A stretch of 64,000 nucleotides of DNA, taken from NCBI GenBank assembly GCA_038087875.1, contig CM075992.1, forward strand, positions 312,001-376,000. Direction: 5' to 3'. The notes under the pieces are model-generated. The model was given only the letters and a program-made list of their open reading frames with translations, ran no database searches and was not told where the DNA came from. Both the position numbers and the translations under genes were made by a program. This DNA is from Malacoraja senta (taxonomy: Eukaryota). Each line of letters opens with the position of its first letter. Positions within the stretch are counted from its first letter, which is position 1. Of this stretch, positions 30,148 through 41,974 are shown one piece after another.

Positions 30148-31235
30148 CTGTAGAGGTGATGATAGAACAATGTACACTCGCACAATGACAACAGACAGGG
30201 TAATCACGCAGTGGTCCGCACCGCGCAGTAACCAAGGCAACTTAGGCTAAGTCTGCCACAGTTTACAGGGGAGGACCTGTCAAATTTCTAGAAAGAGCTT
30301 CACATCTACTGAAACCAGATCTGAGTCACATCCATTCACTCGGACAATTCACATTCAGACAAGAGCACACAACTCTTCCCAAATACTACTTGCAAGGGAT
30401 GTTAATAATTTTCTCTCACATTAGGACAGTGAGAGCAGAATTCAGAGCCCAGCCTGTGGACTCAAGATAAAGGGAATGAAGAATGTGGAAGAGGCGAGTT
30501 TAAAGTGTAAAGGGGAGAAGAGGGAACGGCACGGTGGCCCAGCAGGTAGTGCTGCTGTCTCACCGCGCCAGAGACAGAGGTTTGGCTGGGACATTGTGGG
30601 CCAAAGGGCCTGTTCCTGTTCTACATTCTAAGTTCACGTCTCCTTTAAACTTTCCCTTCTCTCCGTAAAGCTATGCCCTCTGGTATTTGACATATCCAAC
30701 CAGGGAACAAGGTTTTGGCTGTCTACATCTATAAATAAACCTTTGTGTCCCAGGAAAGGTTGTTAACTGAAGAACCAAAATCTGGAACTGAATTAATATT
30801 TCTTTATAAACATTAGTAACCCAATGTGTAGATTGAAACAAGGATTTCAGTCCTGTAACCCAATCATACATTAATGTACAGTTGGCAGGAGACATTTTAT
30901 ACAATTATATTGACGTTGGAATGGACTACTTATCCTTCATCTGCACCGTGAACGGATTGGTGGCAATCACGTAGTCTTTTCTATGACTGCATAGCACGCA
31001 ACAAAGAGTTTTTTACTGTACCTTGGTAAACGTGACAATGATAATAAACTAAATTTAAAACTGGCAGCAGTTTAAAAAAAAAAAAAATTGGAATATTTTA
31101 ATCTCCCAATCAGGCACACATATTGCAAAAAAAAAGAAAAAGTGTTTAGAGAACAGGGAAGATTAATGGACGACTCCGGGCGAGTAGCAAGCTTCAATGT
31201 GCGACAAGGGTCAACTGGCTGAAGCCAAGTCAGGG

Positions 31236-31505
31236 GTTTAGTTTAGAAACAGGCCCTTCAGCCCACCGTCCGCAAATTAACACTATCCTGCACACCACAC
31301 CAAGGACAATTTACATTTTATACCAAGCTAATTAACCTACAAACCTGCACATCTTTGGAGTGTGGGATGAAACCAAAGATCGTTGAGAAAACCCATGCAG
31401 ATCATGGGGAGAACGTACAAACTCCGTACAAACAGCCGTAGTCAGGATCGAACCCGGGTCTCTGGCGCTGTGAGGCAGCAACTCTACCGCTGCGCCACCG
31501 TGCTG
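31236..31505 (-). mobile_element. HE1/V-SINE-type SINE
   Basis: Reverse complement of gcacggtggcgcagcggtagagttgctgcctcacagcgccagagacccgggttcgatcc. Confidence 0.82.
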
Positions 31506-32300
31506 CCCTAGCGCAATGTCAGTGGTTATGAGAAGTCAGGAGAATGGGGTTGAGAGGGAAAGGTAGATCAGCCATGATTGAATGGTGTAGACGTGATGGG
31601 CCGAATGGCCTCGTACTGCTCCTATCACTTATGAAGACAGGTTTCAAGCAGCATCTCCCTGGGTCACCAGGACCCACATTTCCTGCTGCTGCAACTCCTG
31701 CACAGGCAGTTCACAAACCAGCAGCCAACTCTGCTGGCAGCAGCTCAACCAGCAGCTAAAGTTGTGAAAGTTGCCAGAACTACTTCATCCTGCAGTGAAT
31801 AATCATCGAGGTGACCTGGACCCAATGACTGCCCCAACAGCTGGCTCTATGCCACATGGCGCAATGAAGGGAGAGGCTGATGCAAGATAGCAGTAAAATG
31901 AAAATAAATATATTTTTGCTGAGTTCTGTAACTAAATTCTATTTGATGGGGGAAAAAAAGCAAAAAATCATCGATTACAGGATGTCAGTTCAGTTATTTA
32001 GTTTATTGTCACGTGTACCGATGTACTGTGAAAAGCTTTTGTTGCGTGCTAACCAGTCAGCGGAAAGACCATCCAGGATTACAATCGAGCCATTTACAGT
32101 GTATTTACAGATACATGATAAGGGAATAACGTTTAGTGCCAGTAAACCCAGCAAAGTCCGATCAAGGATAGTCCAAGGATCACCAATGAGGTAGATAGTA
32201 GTTCAGGACTGCTCTCTAGCTGTGGTAGGATGGTTCAGTTTAGCCCATTCCCAAGATCAAGTTGCTTCCATTACTGGCCAAGCCTGGCACGAGAACTTAC

Positions 32301-32396
32301 CGCAAATGCCGTCATTCACGTGGGAAGAGGGAATGTACTCGGATCTGTGGCCAGCGTTCGAGCAGTGGTAGCTGCCGTTTGGACAGGCCGATGTTC
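32301..32396 (-). CDS. PRKCSH: Glucosidase II beta subunit, 3rd coding exon (96 nt)
   Basis: ttttgccAG|(G)[31 protein letters not shown]|gtaagt; phases agree with the flanking exons. Confidence 0.93.
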
Positions 32397-33958
32397 CTGG
32401 CAAAAAGAAAGAAGATCAGGCATTTCCATGGCGACCTTCATGCAAGTACCTCAGCGAGCCTTCCCGTGTGACCGGCAGAGGGGGCAGACTGTGCAGGAGC
32501 TGGGCGCACAGAGACTGTTGGCGGAGTGATTGAATGGCCAAACCGACATTAGGACAGTGCTGGAATAACTCAGCGGGTCAGGCAGCATCTCTGGAGAACA
32601 TGGATAGGTGACGTATCAAAGAGTGCTGGAGTAACTCAGCGGGTCAGGCAGCATCTCTGGAGAACATGGATAGGTGACGTATCAAAGAGTGCTGGAGTAA
32701 CTCAGCGGGTCAGGCAGCATCTGTGGAGAACATGAATAATGGACATTTTGTGTCGAGACCCTTCAGACGGAAAAAGGGTCTCAACCTGAAACACCACATC
32801 AAAGTTCTCCAGGGATGCTGCCTGACCCGCTGAGTTACTCCAGCACTTTGTCCCTTTTGTGTTTTAACCAGCATCCCCACTGTAAAAGAGGAGACTCACA
32901 GTTCTATCACACAACTATCGACCGCGCCACAAGGAACAGGCAGGTTTAATATCCGATACATTAACAAATCTGCAGGCAAATTAAATTTGCACTTGAAAGT
33001 AAGCGACAGTCTTACATTCAGACTTCTGGCCAAAAATAAATCTGCAAACAACACTTGCAAGAACACCAGAAACAGGTTTAAAGATAGCACGTCTGGAAGG
33101 AACTTGAAACAATTCAAGCTGCAATTTTAAAAAAAACTATTTTAAAATTACATGACATACCACGATTACTTAAATGTGAATCTTAAGTTTCACATGTAAC
33201 CCAGCTGCAAATTTTTGTGAAATCATTTGCCCCATACTCAGTGAACTTAAACTGATAGTTCTTGTTAGGTTTTCTGGAAAGATCATTGATACACTTACCC
33301 AATCATCTGCTTTACCTGGTAAATATATTTCACCAGACGTTGGATCATTGTTTGCAAATCTGACACTTACTGTCTCTGCCCTCGGGTGTTTTAGAAATTA
33401 GTTCCACAATGGCCCACGGAGAATGAAACAGGCAAGTGCACATAACTTGGTCAAAAAATTATTTACAGAAATTCCAACCACTAATTGTTATAGCGTACTG
33501 GCCTTGGAAAATGCCTGTGTTCCAGTCCATTAACAATAGGCCTCATTACAGCAGTTCGAGAAAAGGAAATTCTCTTTCACAGAATTCACTACCCAGAAAT
33601 TTGAGGTATGGAATAAAGTTTGTTCTCATGGAACCCTCATGAGAAAAGTGCAACTAAAGCATCTGAAGGGTCTCGACCCAAAACGTCACCCATTCCTTCT
33701 CTCAACCTGGAGAGGAATGGGTGACGTTTCGGGTCAAGACCCTTATTCACACTCAAACTTCCCATCCCGTTCCTGTCCCACAGAGCTACTCCAGTAGTTC
33801 GTGTCGTTTTTTAGGGTTAATAATGAATGACCAAGGACACTTCAATTATCCACTGGACATGTTTTGTGTGCAAATGTCAGGCTGTGGGGCAGATTCTCAG
33901 ATGCTACCTGCAATAATACAATGCGCCACCAGGAGGTGCCGCAAGAGGCAGCACTAAC

Positions 33959-34075
33959 CTGGTTCATCTGAGCCGTCCCTGCAGTCACAGTAATCATCGT
34001 TCACCTCGTGGAATGGAATAGTCTTGGAGCCGTCCAAACACGTAAATGGTATGTTCTCCTCATAAAAGTGTCGAT
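33959..34075 (-). CDS. PRKCSH: Glucosidase II beta subunit, 2nd coding exon (117 nt, LDLa-like)
   Basis: cttgtAG|(N)[38 protein letters not shown]|gttagt. Confidence 0.94.
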
Positions 34076-35779
34076 CTACAAGGACAGGAAGAGTTATGGG
34101 TCAAAATCTGTTCTTTTTCCCTTGTAAATAATGTTTCTGCAGCAGATCGATTGTGAGAGTCAAAGCACTGAAGGTCAAGGTTTAATGCTACTTTGTCACA
34201 TGTACCTGGGTATAGTGAAATACCTTTTGTACATGCAGTTCAGTATAAACCTTATAATACACAGGCACAACATACTCAAATACAAGAGTGTAGGTAAAGA
34301 AGATCACACACAGTACAGCAGGATTGTCAAATTTCCAGCACCATTTTCTACGATTTAAACCAAAAGTTTTTTAAAATGTAGTCTTATGAGCATGAGCATA
34401 AAGGCCCATTGTCCTGGCCAAGTATTTTTACTTTCCTTAAACCTATTGCTAAATATCTGCATTCAGCACATAGGCAGGGAATTCCACTATGTGTTCAGGA
34501 TAGGGAATTTTTAAAAATTGCCATTCTTAAGAGTAAACGGTAGAGATCACCGGGCAACAAGTTTGCGTCACTCACAAGAGTAAATGAGCACAAATGTTCA
34601 GCAGAGGACTTGTCGCTTGAGAGCCCCCTGTATGCCCTGCATCTTTCACAACTCCAGGAAAGCCCAAGTGCTGATCCTCTGCTGATGAAATACCAACTCC
34701 ACCACAAACAAGGAGCATGCTGGCTTTAAGCAAATATCCCACAATCAAATAATATTCAGGTAAATTCCAAAAAAGCCACAAAGCTCTGTCTCATTTCTCA
34801 GCGATTCACAGCATCACTATTCCCTTTCAACATCTGCCTTCCCTTCACTTACTCAGCTGCATTTTAACTACATTGTGGACATCTTTCCCGCTTCACACTC
34901 CTGTGATCGCTGAGGCTTGAAAGCCCAGTTTTGTTCTCAGCAAGAATCTAATTGCACCAACAGTGGCACTTCACAGTTGCAGTACCTACACCAACGGCCG
35001 GCCGAGCACCTCATGTGCAGCTTGATAAATCCCCAGATTAACCAGGTCCAGATACCAGCAACTGCATCCTCGTAGTTGCCAACATGCCTCATAAAGAGCA
35101 AACTAACTATCACCACACTGGCAACTTACCCAGTGTTGTTTACCTGGAACTGAGATTGAGATACTTTTAAGATTAAGTGCCTCACACTGAAGTACTGTGG
35201 CTGTTACACATGCATCAGATAATTAACATGTTGAAAAGGCTCCAAAACAAAGTCAAGTCCTGGAAACAGAAACATGGTCCTGGAGTGGGATTGGAGCTGC
35301 TGCACAGTTTAACATGATCATGACTGATCATCAAAGTTCACTGCCCAGTTCCAGCTTTCTCCCTTTAACGCTCAAGCCCTCCATCTTTGTTTGGAATACA
35401 TTTAGTAGTTTAGGAAAGGATTCCACGGGTTCACCACTGTCTGGGAGAAGAAACTTCTCATTCCTTCGTAAATAGAGTCCCATTGTCCCAAAAGGCAGGA
35501 CCCCTGTTCTAGAATCACCAGCCACGCAAACATTCTTCCGGCATCTAAAATATCCAGTCCTTGTGGAATTTTGTATATTTCTGAGAATCTATGATCAACA
35601 TAGGGTGTGTTAGCAGACAATTGAAAGAACATTATTTTTCATCAACAGTGCCTGTATTAAGGCACATGTTGGAATCTGGTGCAAAACACAAACTGCTGGA
35701 GCAACTCAGCAGGTCGGACAGCATTTGTGGAGAGGACAGGAATTGTCAGCATTTTGGGTTTGACCCTGCATCAGGGTGA

Positions 35780-36143
35780 AGGGAGAAAGTCGGTATAAAG
35801 AGTGGGGGTGAGACTAAGGGTCGGTAGCATTGTAGGGAAACATGTTTCTGGCTTGTGTGAATGTGGGAGTAATGAGACAGTTAAGCATGTTTTCCTAGAA
35901 TGTAAAAAGTATAGGGTAGAAAGAAAAGTATTGTTTGTTAGACTGACAGGACTTGGAGTTGAGGCTTTTTCTGTTTTATCTTTGTTTGGACACAATGAGA
36001 AACATCAACTGATATCCAGGGCTGTTCTTCAATTCCTGCAAGTTACAGGACTGTATGTAAGAATTTAGTTCAAACTTTGACCTGTGGAGGGCAGTAATAC
36101 GCTTAGCAGCGTCTACACTGCCGGAATCCTACAAGAAGAAGAA
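35780..36143 (+). mobile_element. LINE 3' end with CCHC zinc knuckle (I/Nimb-like)
   Basis: GLCECGSNETVKHVFLEC..Y..ER, stop, short hairpin-like UTR and (aag)n tail. Confidence 0.7.
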
Positions 36144-36817
36144 GGGTCGGTAAATGATAGTTGGACCAAGGAGGATGAGGGATGATAGACAGAAGGAGTC
36201 AGGTGAGGCAGGGAGGGGTGGAGTTGGGAAATGAGGCAAGTGGGTGATTGGACATTGGTTCAGAAGATGCCGGGGAGGGGAGGAACCAAAATCCCAGTTT
36301 CAGCCACACCTGGGGTCCCCACTACTGACTGCCATGCTTCCTAGTTTTGTTATTCTCACAGCTGTGTCAGGAGCAGAGTCCAAAACCAACCGTGGCCATG
36401 ACACCATCCACAACTGGCTTCTGTCAGTCAGAATTGGCCTCCACAGCCTTCTGTGCAAAGGAATTCCAGATTCACCACCCACTGATATCAATTAGTTCCT
36501 TCCTACTCATTTCCCAATACATGGCCCCTCGTGCACTTGGCCTGTAGACATTGTGGAGTCTACAATCCAACTATAGACCCCACTAATAAATTCTGCCTCG
36601 TCTACGCTTTTTGCACCAAGAACCTTGGGAAAGTTAAGTTTTACGAAGAGCCTGTAGCTTTTGTATCTGGCCAGATATCTCTTCCTCTATCTCCCACTGG
36701 GTGTTGAGAGGCCTGTAGTACAATCCCAAAGTGGTGGCACCTTTCTGATTTTTTTTTTACTGTAATGTATTCCAGATGTGCAGCAGAGTGGGCAAGCTGG
36801 CAGCGTTGCATTAGTTG

Positions 36818-37330
36818 CAATTTGAGGAAGGACATTATTGCTATTGGGGGAGTGCAGCGTGGGTTCACCAGGTTAATTCCCGGGATGGCAGGACTAACAT
36901 ATGAAGAAAGAATGGATCGCCTGGGCCTGTATTCACTGGAATCTAGGATGAGAGGGTACCTTCAGAAATATACAAAATTATTAAGGGATTGGACAGGCTA
37001 GATGCAGGAAACATGATCTCGATGTTGGGGTGTTCCAGAAACAGGGGTGGCAGTTTAAGAATAAGGGTCGGCCATTTAGGACTGAGATGTGGTAAAAACT
37101 TTTTCACCCAAAGTTGTGAATCTGTGGAATTCTCTGCCACAGAAGGCATTGGAGGCCAATTCACTGGATGTTTTCAAGAGAGAGTTAGATTTAGCTCTTG
37201 AGCAAACGTAATCAATGGATATGGGGAGAGGCAGGAACGGGGTACTGATTTTGGATGATCAGCCATGATCATACTGAATGGCGGTGCTGGCTCGAAGGGC
37301 CGAATGGCCTATTCCTGCACCTATTGTCTA
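36818..37330 (+). mobile_element. CR1 LINE 3' fragment
   Basis: NLRKDIIAI.GVQR.FTRLIPGM and the same 3' UTR and tail as 17041-19034. Many shorter CR1 3'-end pieces occur, e.g. ~1040-1395, 3805-4125, 12815-13155, 24690-25100, 39392-39790, 55610-55835. Confidence 0.88.
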
Positions 37331-37495
37331 TGTGTCCATGCATGCATGCCCTGTTGCATCAGTCACAGGCAGCAATGCAGGCCGCTTCCTGCAGCATTGT
37401 TACATTCCACCCTCTGCACGGTTGCTAGGCAGCGCGCCTTTAAAATCAACACTAGTTGCAGGGCCCGGGGGCCCGGAGGCCCGGCGTGTACTCAC

Positions 37496-37610
37496 TCTGC
37501 AGGGAGACGCCGCGGAGCCGCTTCACCTCCAGGGCGGCGACGGCGACGAGCAGCAGCAACAGGCCGAGGCCCAGGCTCCGGCCACCCAGCACGGCCACTC
37601 TCACCGCCAT
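37496..37610 (-). CDS. PRKCSH: Glucosidase II beta subunit, 1st coding exon (signal peptide)
   Basis: ATG at 37610; MAVRVAVLGGRSLGLGLLLLLVAVAALEVKRLRGVSLQ, then A|gtgagt. Hydrophobic leader followed by the EVKR.RGVSL mature N-terminus. Confidence 0.9.
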
Positions 37611-38153
37611 CCGAGCAGCGCGGCAAGGTAACGCAGGGCCGAGAGAGAGCGAGGGATTTGGAGGGAGGGATCGACGGGCAAGGCCTGAGGTGAGGGCTGC
37701 GGAAGCGAGAGCGAGCGAGCGGCCCGGTCCGATCCCACCGGCCCACAGTACGAGCTGACGCCCGAGCGCGAAGGACCTCCCTCCACGGCACCGCCCACCC
37801 GCCAACTGAGCCGCCGCCGTCCGCACGCCGCGTCATCAACCCCCCCGCCGCGCCTGATTGGTCGCTGCCCCAGGCCGCACGGCGCATGCGCCTCTGCCAC
37901 TCGGCATTGTGGGAAATGTAGTTCCTTGGGGGGGGCTGATTGTGGCCACACAGTGAAGCTTGACCCGCTCAGTTACTGCAGCTTGTGTGTGTTTTAGACA
38001 GTTCCTTCTCCATCCAGTTCACCGGCAACATTCTAACTGCGGGGATTGCACGGGCGGCTACACAAATGCACAGGGTTGTTGTTGTGTCAAACCTGCGCGG
38101 GAAATGCTGCATTTGAACCAGGAAGTGGAGGGTGGGTGGAGGGAGTGAGGGTG
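37611..38153. promoter_or_regulatory. Bidirectional CpG-island promoter PRKCSH/SWSAP1
   Basis: Divergent ATGs about 540 bp apart in CpG-rich DNA. Reverse CCAAT ctgattggtc 37854-37863; NRF1 palindrome GCGCATGCGC 37882-37891; ZNF143-type motif (rc AACTACATTTCCCACAATGC) 37904-37923; ETS-like caggaagtg near 38119. Confidence 0.8.
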
Positions 38154-39317
38154 ATGGCGGCGGCGCTGCTGCACGTCCTCGGCTTCTTCAGCAGCGCCGA
38201 CCGGTGGGTGGGCAACTCCAGCGGGCCTGAGATCACCGGTAGCACCGCGGGCCCCGGAATAAGAGGCGCTCCCGGGGGTCCCGGAGTTACCGGGGGTCCC
38301 GGAGTTACCGGGGGTCCCGGAGTTAGTGGGGGTCCCGGAGTTACCGGGGGTCCCGGAGTTACCGGGGGTCCCGGAGTTAGTGGGGGTCCCGGAGTTAGTG
38401 GGGGTCCCGGAGTTACCGGGGGTCCCGGAGTTAGTGGGGGTCCCGGAGTTAGTGGGGGTCCCGGAGTTACCGGGGGTCCCGGAGTTAGTGGGGGTCCCGG
38501 AGTTACCGGGGGTCACGGAGTTAGTGGGGGTCCCGGAGTTACCGGGGGTCCCGGAGTTAGCGGGGGTCCCGGAGTTAGCGGGGGTCCCGGAGTTAGCGGG
38601 GGTCCCGGAGTTAGCGGGGGTCCCGGAGTTAGCGGGGGTCCCGGAGTTACCGGGGGTCCCGGAGTTAGTGGGGGTCCCGGAGTTAGCGGGGGTCCCGGAC
38701 TTAGCGGGGATCCCGGAGTTAGCGGGGGTCCCGGAGTTAGCGGGGGTCCCGGAGTTGGTGGGGGTCCCGGAGTTGGTGGGGGTCCCGGAGTTAGTGGGGG
38801 TCCCGGAGTTAGCGGGGATCCCGGAGTTAGCGAGGCTCCGGGTATCACCGGCGGGACCGGCCTCTACCCCGACGCCGGGCTGGGGTGGATCCGGGCCGGC
38901 AGCAGCTGCCTGGTGCTGGGCCAGCGCTCCGTTGCTCGGACATCGCTGCTGTTCCAGGCGGCGGCAGCAGCGGCCGAGCAACGGGGCGGGCGGGTGCTAT
39001 TCCTGGCCCCTCGGCCCATCCAGGCGCTGCCCGCCGCGCTGCTGCCACTGGAGCCGCGCTGCCTGCGGCGGGTAGAGCTGGTGTACCCGCACTCGGTGCG
39101 GGACCTCCTGCACACCCTGGCCTCTCTGCACCAGAGCCCCGGACCCCCACCTTCACTCCTGCTGCTCGACGGTGCCGACGAGATGCTGGCGGGCGGCGGC
39201 GGGCGGGACATGGCCGGTAAAGCGGCTCTCCTCGCCGCCTTGCTCCGGGACTGCGCCGCCTGGGCGACCCAGGCTCTGGGACCCTCTACACCGTGCCAGC
39301 TCATTGTAGCCCTACAG
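38154..39317 (+). CDS. SWSAP1: SWIM-type zinc finger 7-associated protein 1 (RecA-fold Shu complex subunit), exon 1 with coding tandem repeat
   Basis: MAAALLHVLG...(GGPGV[ST])x31...CLVLGQRSVARTSLLFQAAAAAA..GRVLFLAPRPIQALP..LEP..L..V...YP.S.RDLL..LASLH..PGPPPSLLLLDG...AALLAALLRD....CQLIVALQ|gtatat. Colinear with SWSAP1 and adjacent to EPOR as in mammals. Confidence 0.88.
38274..38831 (+). repeat. 18-bp tandem repeat x31 inside the SWSAP1 reading frame
   Basis: gggggtcccggagtta[cc/gt/gc], no indels, 558 nt. Confidence 0.96.
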
Positions 39318-39528
39318 GTATATCAGAGCCAGCCTCGCCCTCTTCCCCAGTACCACGGGTCACCCACCGCTCGTTCAGAAGTGAGCGATATTTAGTGGAA
39401 TTCTCTGCCACAGAAGGCGGTGGAGGCCAATTCACTGAATGTTTTCAAGAGAGTTAGATTTAGCTCTTTGGCCTAACGGAATTAAGGGATATGGGCAGAA
39501 AGCAGGAACGGGGTACTGATTTCAGATG

Positions 39529-39732
39529 TGTAGGAAAGAACTGCAGATGCTGGTTTAAATCGAAGGTAGACAAAAAATGCTGGAGTAACTCAGCGGGACA
39601 GGCAGCATCTCTGCAGAGAAGGAATGGGTGACGTTTCGGGTCGAGACCCTTCTTCAGACTGAAGTAACGTCACCCATTCCTTCTCTCCAGAGATGCTACC
39701 TGTCCTGCTGAGTTACTCCAGCTTTTAGTATC
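39529..39732. mobile_element. Penelope-derived palindromic element inserted in a CR1 tail, 15-bp TSD
   Basis: tactgatt(t/c)agatg-type duplication at 39514-39528 and 39733-39747 (1 mismatch); intact hammerhead-like core on the minus strand at 39630-39657. Confidence 0.75.
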
Positions 39733-41560
39733 TACTGATTTTAGATGATCAACCATGATCATATTGAATGGTGGTGCTGGCTCGAAGGTCGGGGTATGCG
39801 GGGGGAGTGAACTTTATCATTGCCCTTATGTGGCGGCTATATGCATACCATGCATATGCAAGCAAAGAATTTCACTTGTGACAATAAAATCTTCATTCAT
39901 TCAGAATTGGGTCATTCAGCCCATCGAGTCTACTCCGACATTCAATCATGGCGGATCTGTCTCTCCATCCCAACTGCATTCTCCTGCCTTCTCCCCACAG
40001 CCACAACCCGTGACACCCGTACGAATCAAAAATCTATTTAGTTGCGTTTATTGTCAAGTGTACCGAGGTACAGTGAAAGCTTTTGTTGCATGCTAACCAG
40101 TCAACAGAAAAACAATACATGATTACAATCGAATCGTCCATAGTATACAGATACATCTACCTCTGCCTTAAAAATATCCATTGACTTGGCCTCCACAGAG
40201 GTCTGTAGCAATGGCCTCCACAGATTCATCACCCTCTGACTAAAGAAATTGCTCATCTCCTTCCCAAAGGAAGGTCCTTTAATTCTGAAGCTGTGCCCTC
40301 TGGTCCCAGACTCTCCCACTAGTGGAAACATCCTCTCCACATCCACTCTATCCAGGCCTTTCACTATTTGTGTGGTGTGTTGTCTCACATGACACGTATG
40401 GTCACAGTGACACGGATAGAGTGAAGTCTTTCTATTCAGGGTAGAGGATTCTAAAACTAGAGGGCACAGGCTTAAGGTGAGGGGAGAGATTTAGGCTTTA
40501 GAGATACAGCATGGAAACGGGCCCTTTGCCCATCGATCACCCTGTTCACGAACACTATCCTATACACTAGGGACAATTTACAGAGCCAATTAACCTACAA
40601 ACCCACACGCTTCTGGCATGTGGGGGTAGAAACCGGAGCACCTGGAGGAAACCCACGCTGTCACAGGGAGAATGTACTAACTCCAAACGGACAGCACCTG
40701 AGGTCAGAATCGAAGCCAGGTCTGGCACTGATAGGCAGCAGTTATACCCGCCACCCCACTGTTCTGCATCACTGTGCCTTCCCTAAATGCACTTCTGCAC
40801 CAAACACCATCAATCTCAGTTTATAATTGTCACATGTATGGCATGTTGTTGCACAGGATATATATGGTCATGGTGACATAGATAAAGTGAACACTCACAG
40901 TCTTTTTCCTGAGGTTGAGGATTCTAAAACTAGAGGGCACAGGCTTAGGGGGAGAGATTTAAGAGGGACCCCAGTCTGTATCTGGAACGAGCTGCCAGAG
41001 GAAGCTATAGAAGCAGATACGATTACAATTAGGTTTAAGATAATTGGACAAATATGGACAGCAAGGGTTTGGAGGTATCTGAGCCAAATGCAAACAAATG
41101 GGACAGTGTGCCAACAGTTAGCATGGACAGGATGGGCCAAATGGCCTGTAGCCACGCTGAAGCATTCCATGAGATGCAGAGAAAAACTTTGCATTCTCCC
41201 AGTCAGGTCAGACCACCCATGACAGACCGGGCGGGCAGTGCTCAGAGAAATGCATCAAGAACAAGGACAACAGTGTGTAACTCTTGCTCTCGACTTGTTC
41301 TGAGTTTTCACCCCAAGTTGTTGCAATTCTCAATTTAAAACTTTGCCTTAAAAGTTTGATCAGGGAAAGATTTTGAGAACAGAAAATGCAATAGAGGTCA
41401 ATGTAAAACAGATGGAAATATATGGGGGCGATGTAATTACAGGAACACATCCCAGATCGGATTTTGAGAACATTTTGGATTTTAAGGACAACATTTGTGA
41501 GCGTTTATATTAATAAATTTGTTACGAGGGATTCACAGAAAAACTCAGCTGTTCAGACAA

Positions 41561-41974
41561 AGATGCTGGAGAAACTCAGCGGGTGAGGCAGCATCTATGG
41601 GGCGAAATAGGCAATGTTTCGGGTCGAGACCCTTCTTCAGACTGATGTGAGGGTGGGGCGGGAAAAAGAAAGGAAGAGGCGGAGACAGTGGGCTGAGGGA
41701 GAGCTGAGAAGGGGAGGAGAAAGGGACTACCTGAAATTAGAGAAGTTAGGGTAGTCCCTGCTTTCTCCTCCCCTTATCAGCTCTCCCTCAGCCCAATGTC
41801 TCCGCCTCTTCCTTTCTTCTTCCCACCCCCCCACCCTCACATCAGTCGGAAGAAGGGTCTCGACCCGAAATGTTGCCTATTTCCTTCGCTCCATAGATGC
41901 TGCCTCACCCGCTGAGTTTCTCCAGCATTTTTGTCTACCTTCTATTTTCAAACATCTGCAGTTCCTTCTTAAAA
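41561..41974. mobile_element. Non-autonomous Penelope-derived palindromic element with 15-bp TSD
   Basis: About 170-bp inverted arms around a spacer that reads DFSNFR* on the minus strand; flanked by the direct repeat cagctgttcagacaa (41546-41560, 41975-41989). Confidence 0.75.

Noticed and set aside
38058..39075. Alternative-frame ORFs over the 18-bp array (NSGTP, GVPELA, TPGPPL repeats)
   Set aside because: Only the GGPGVS frame connects to SWSAP1-homologous sequence.
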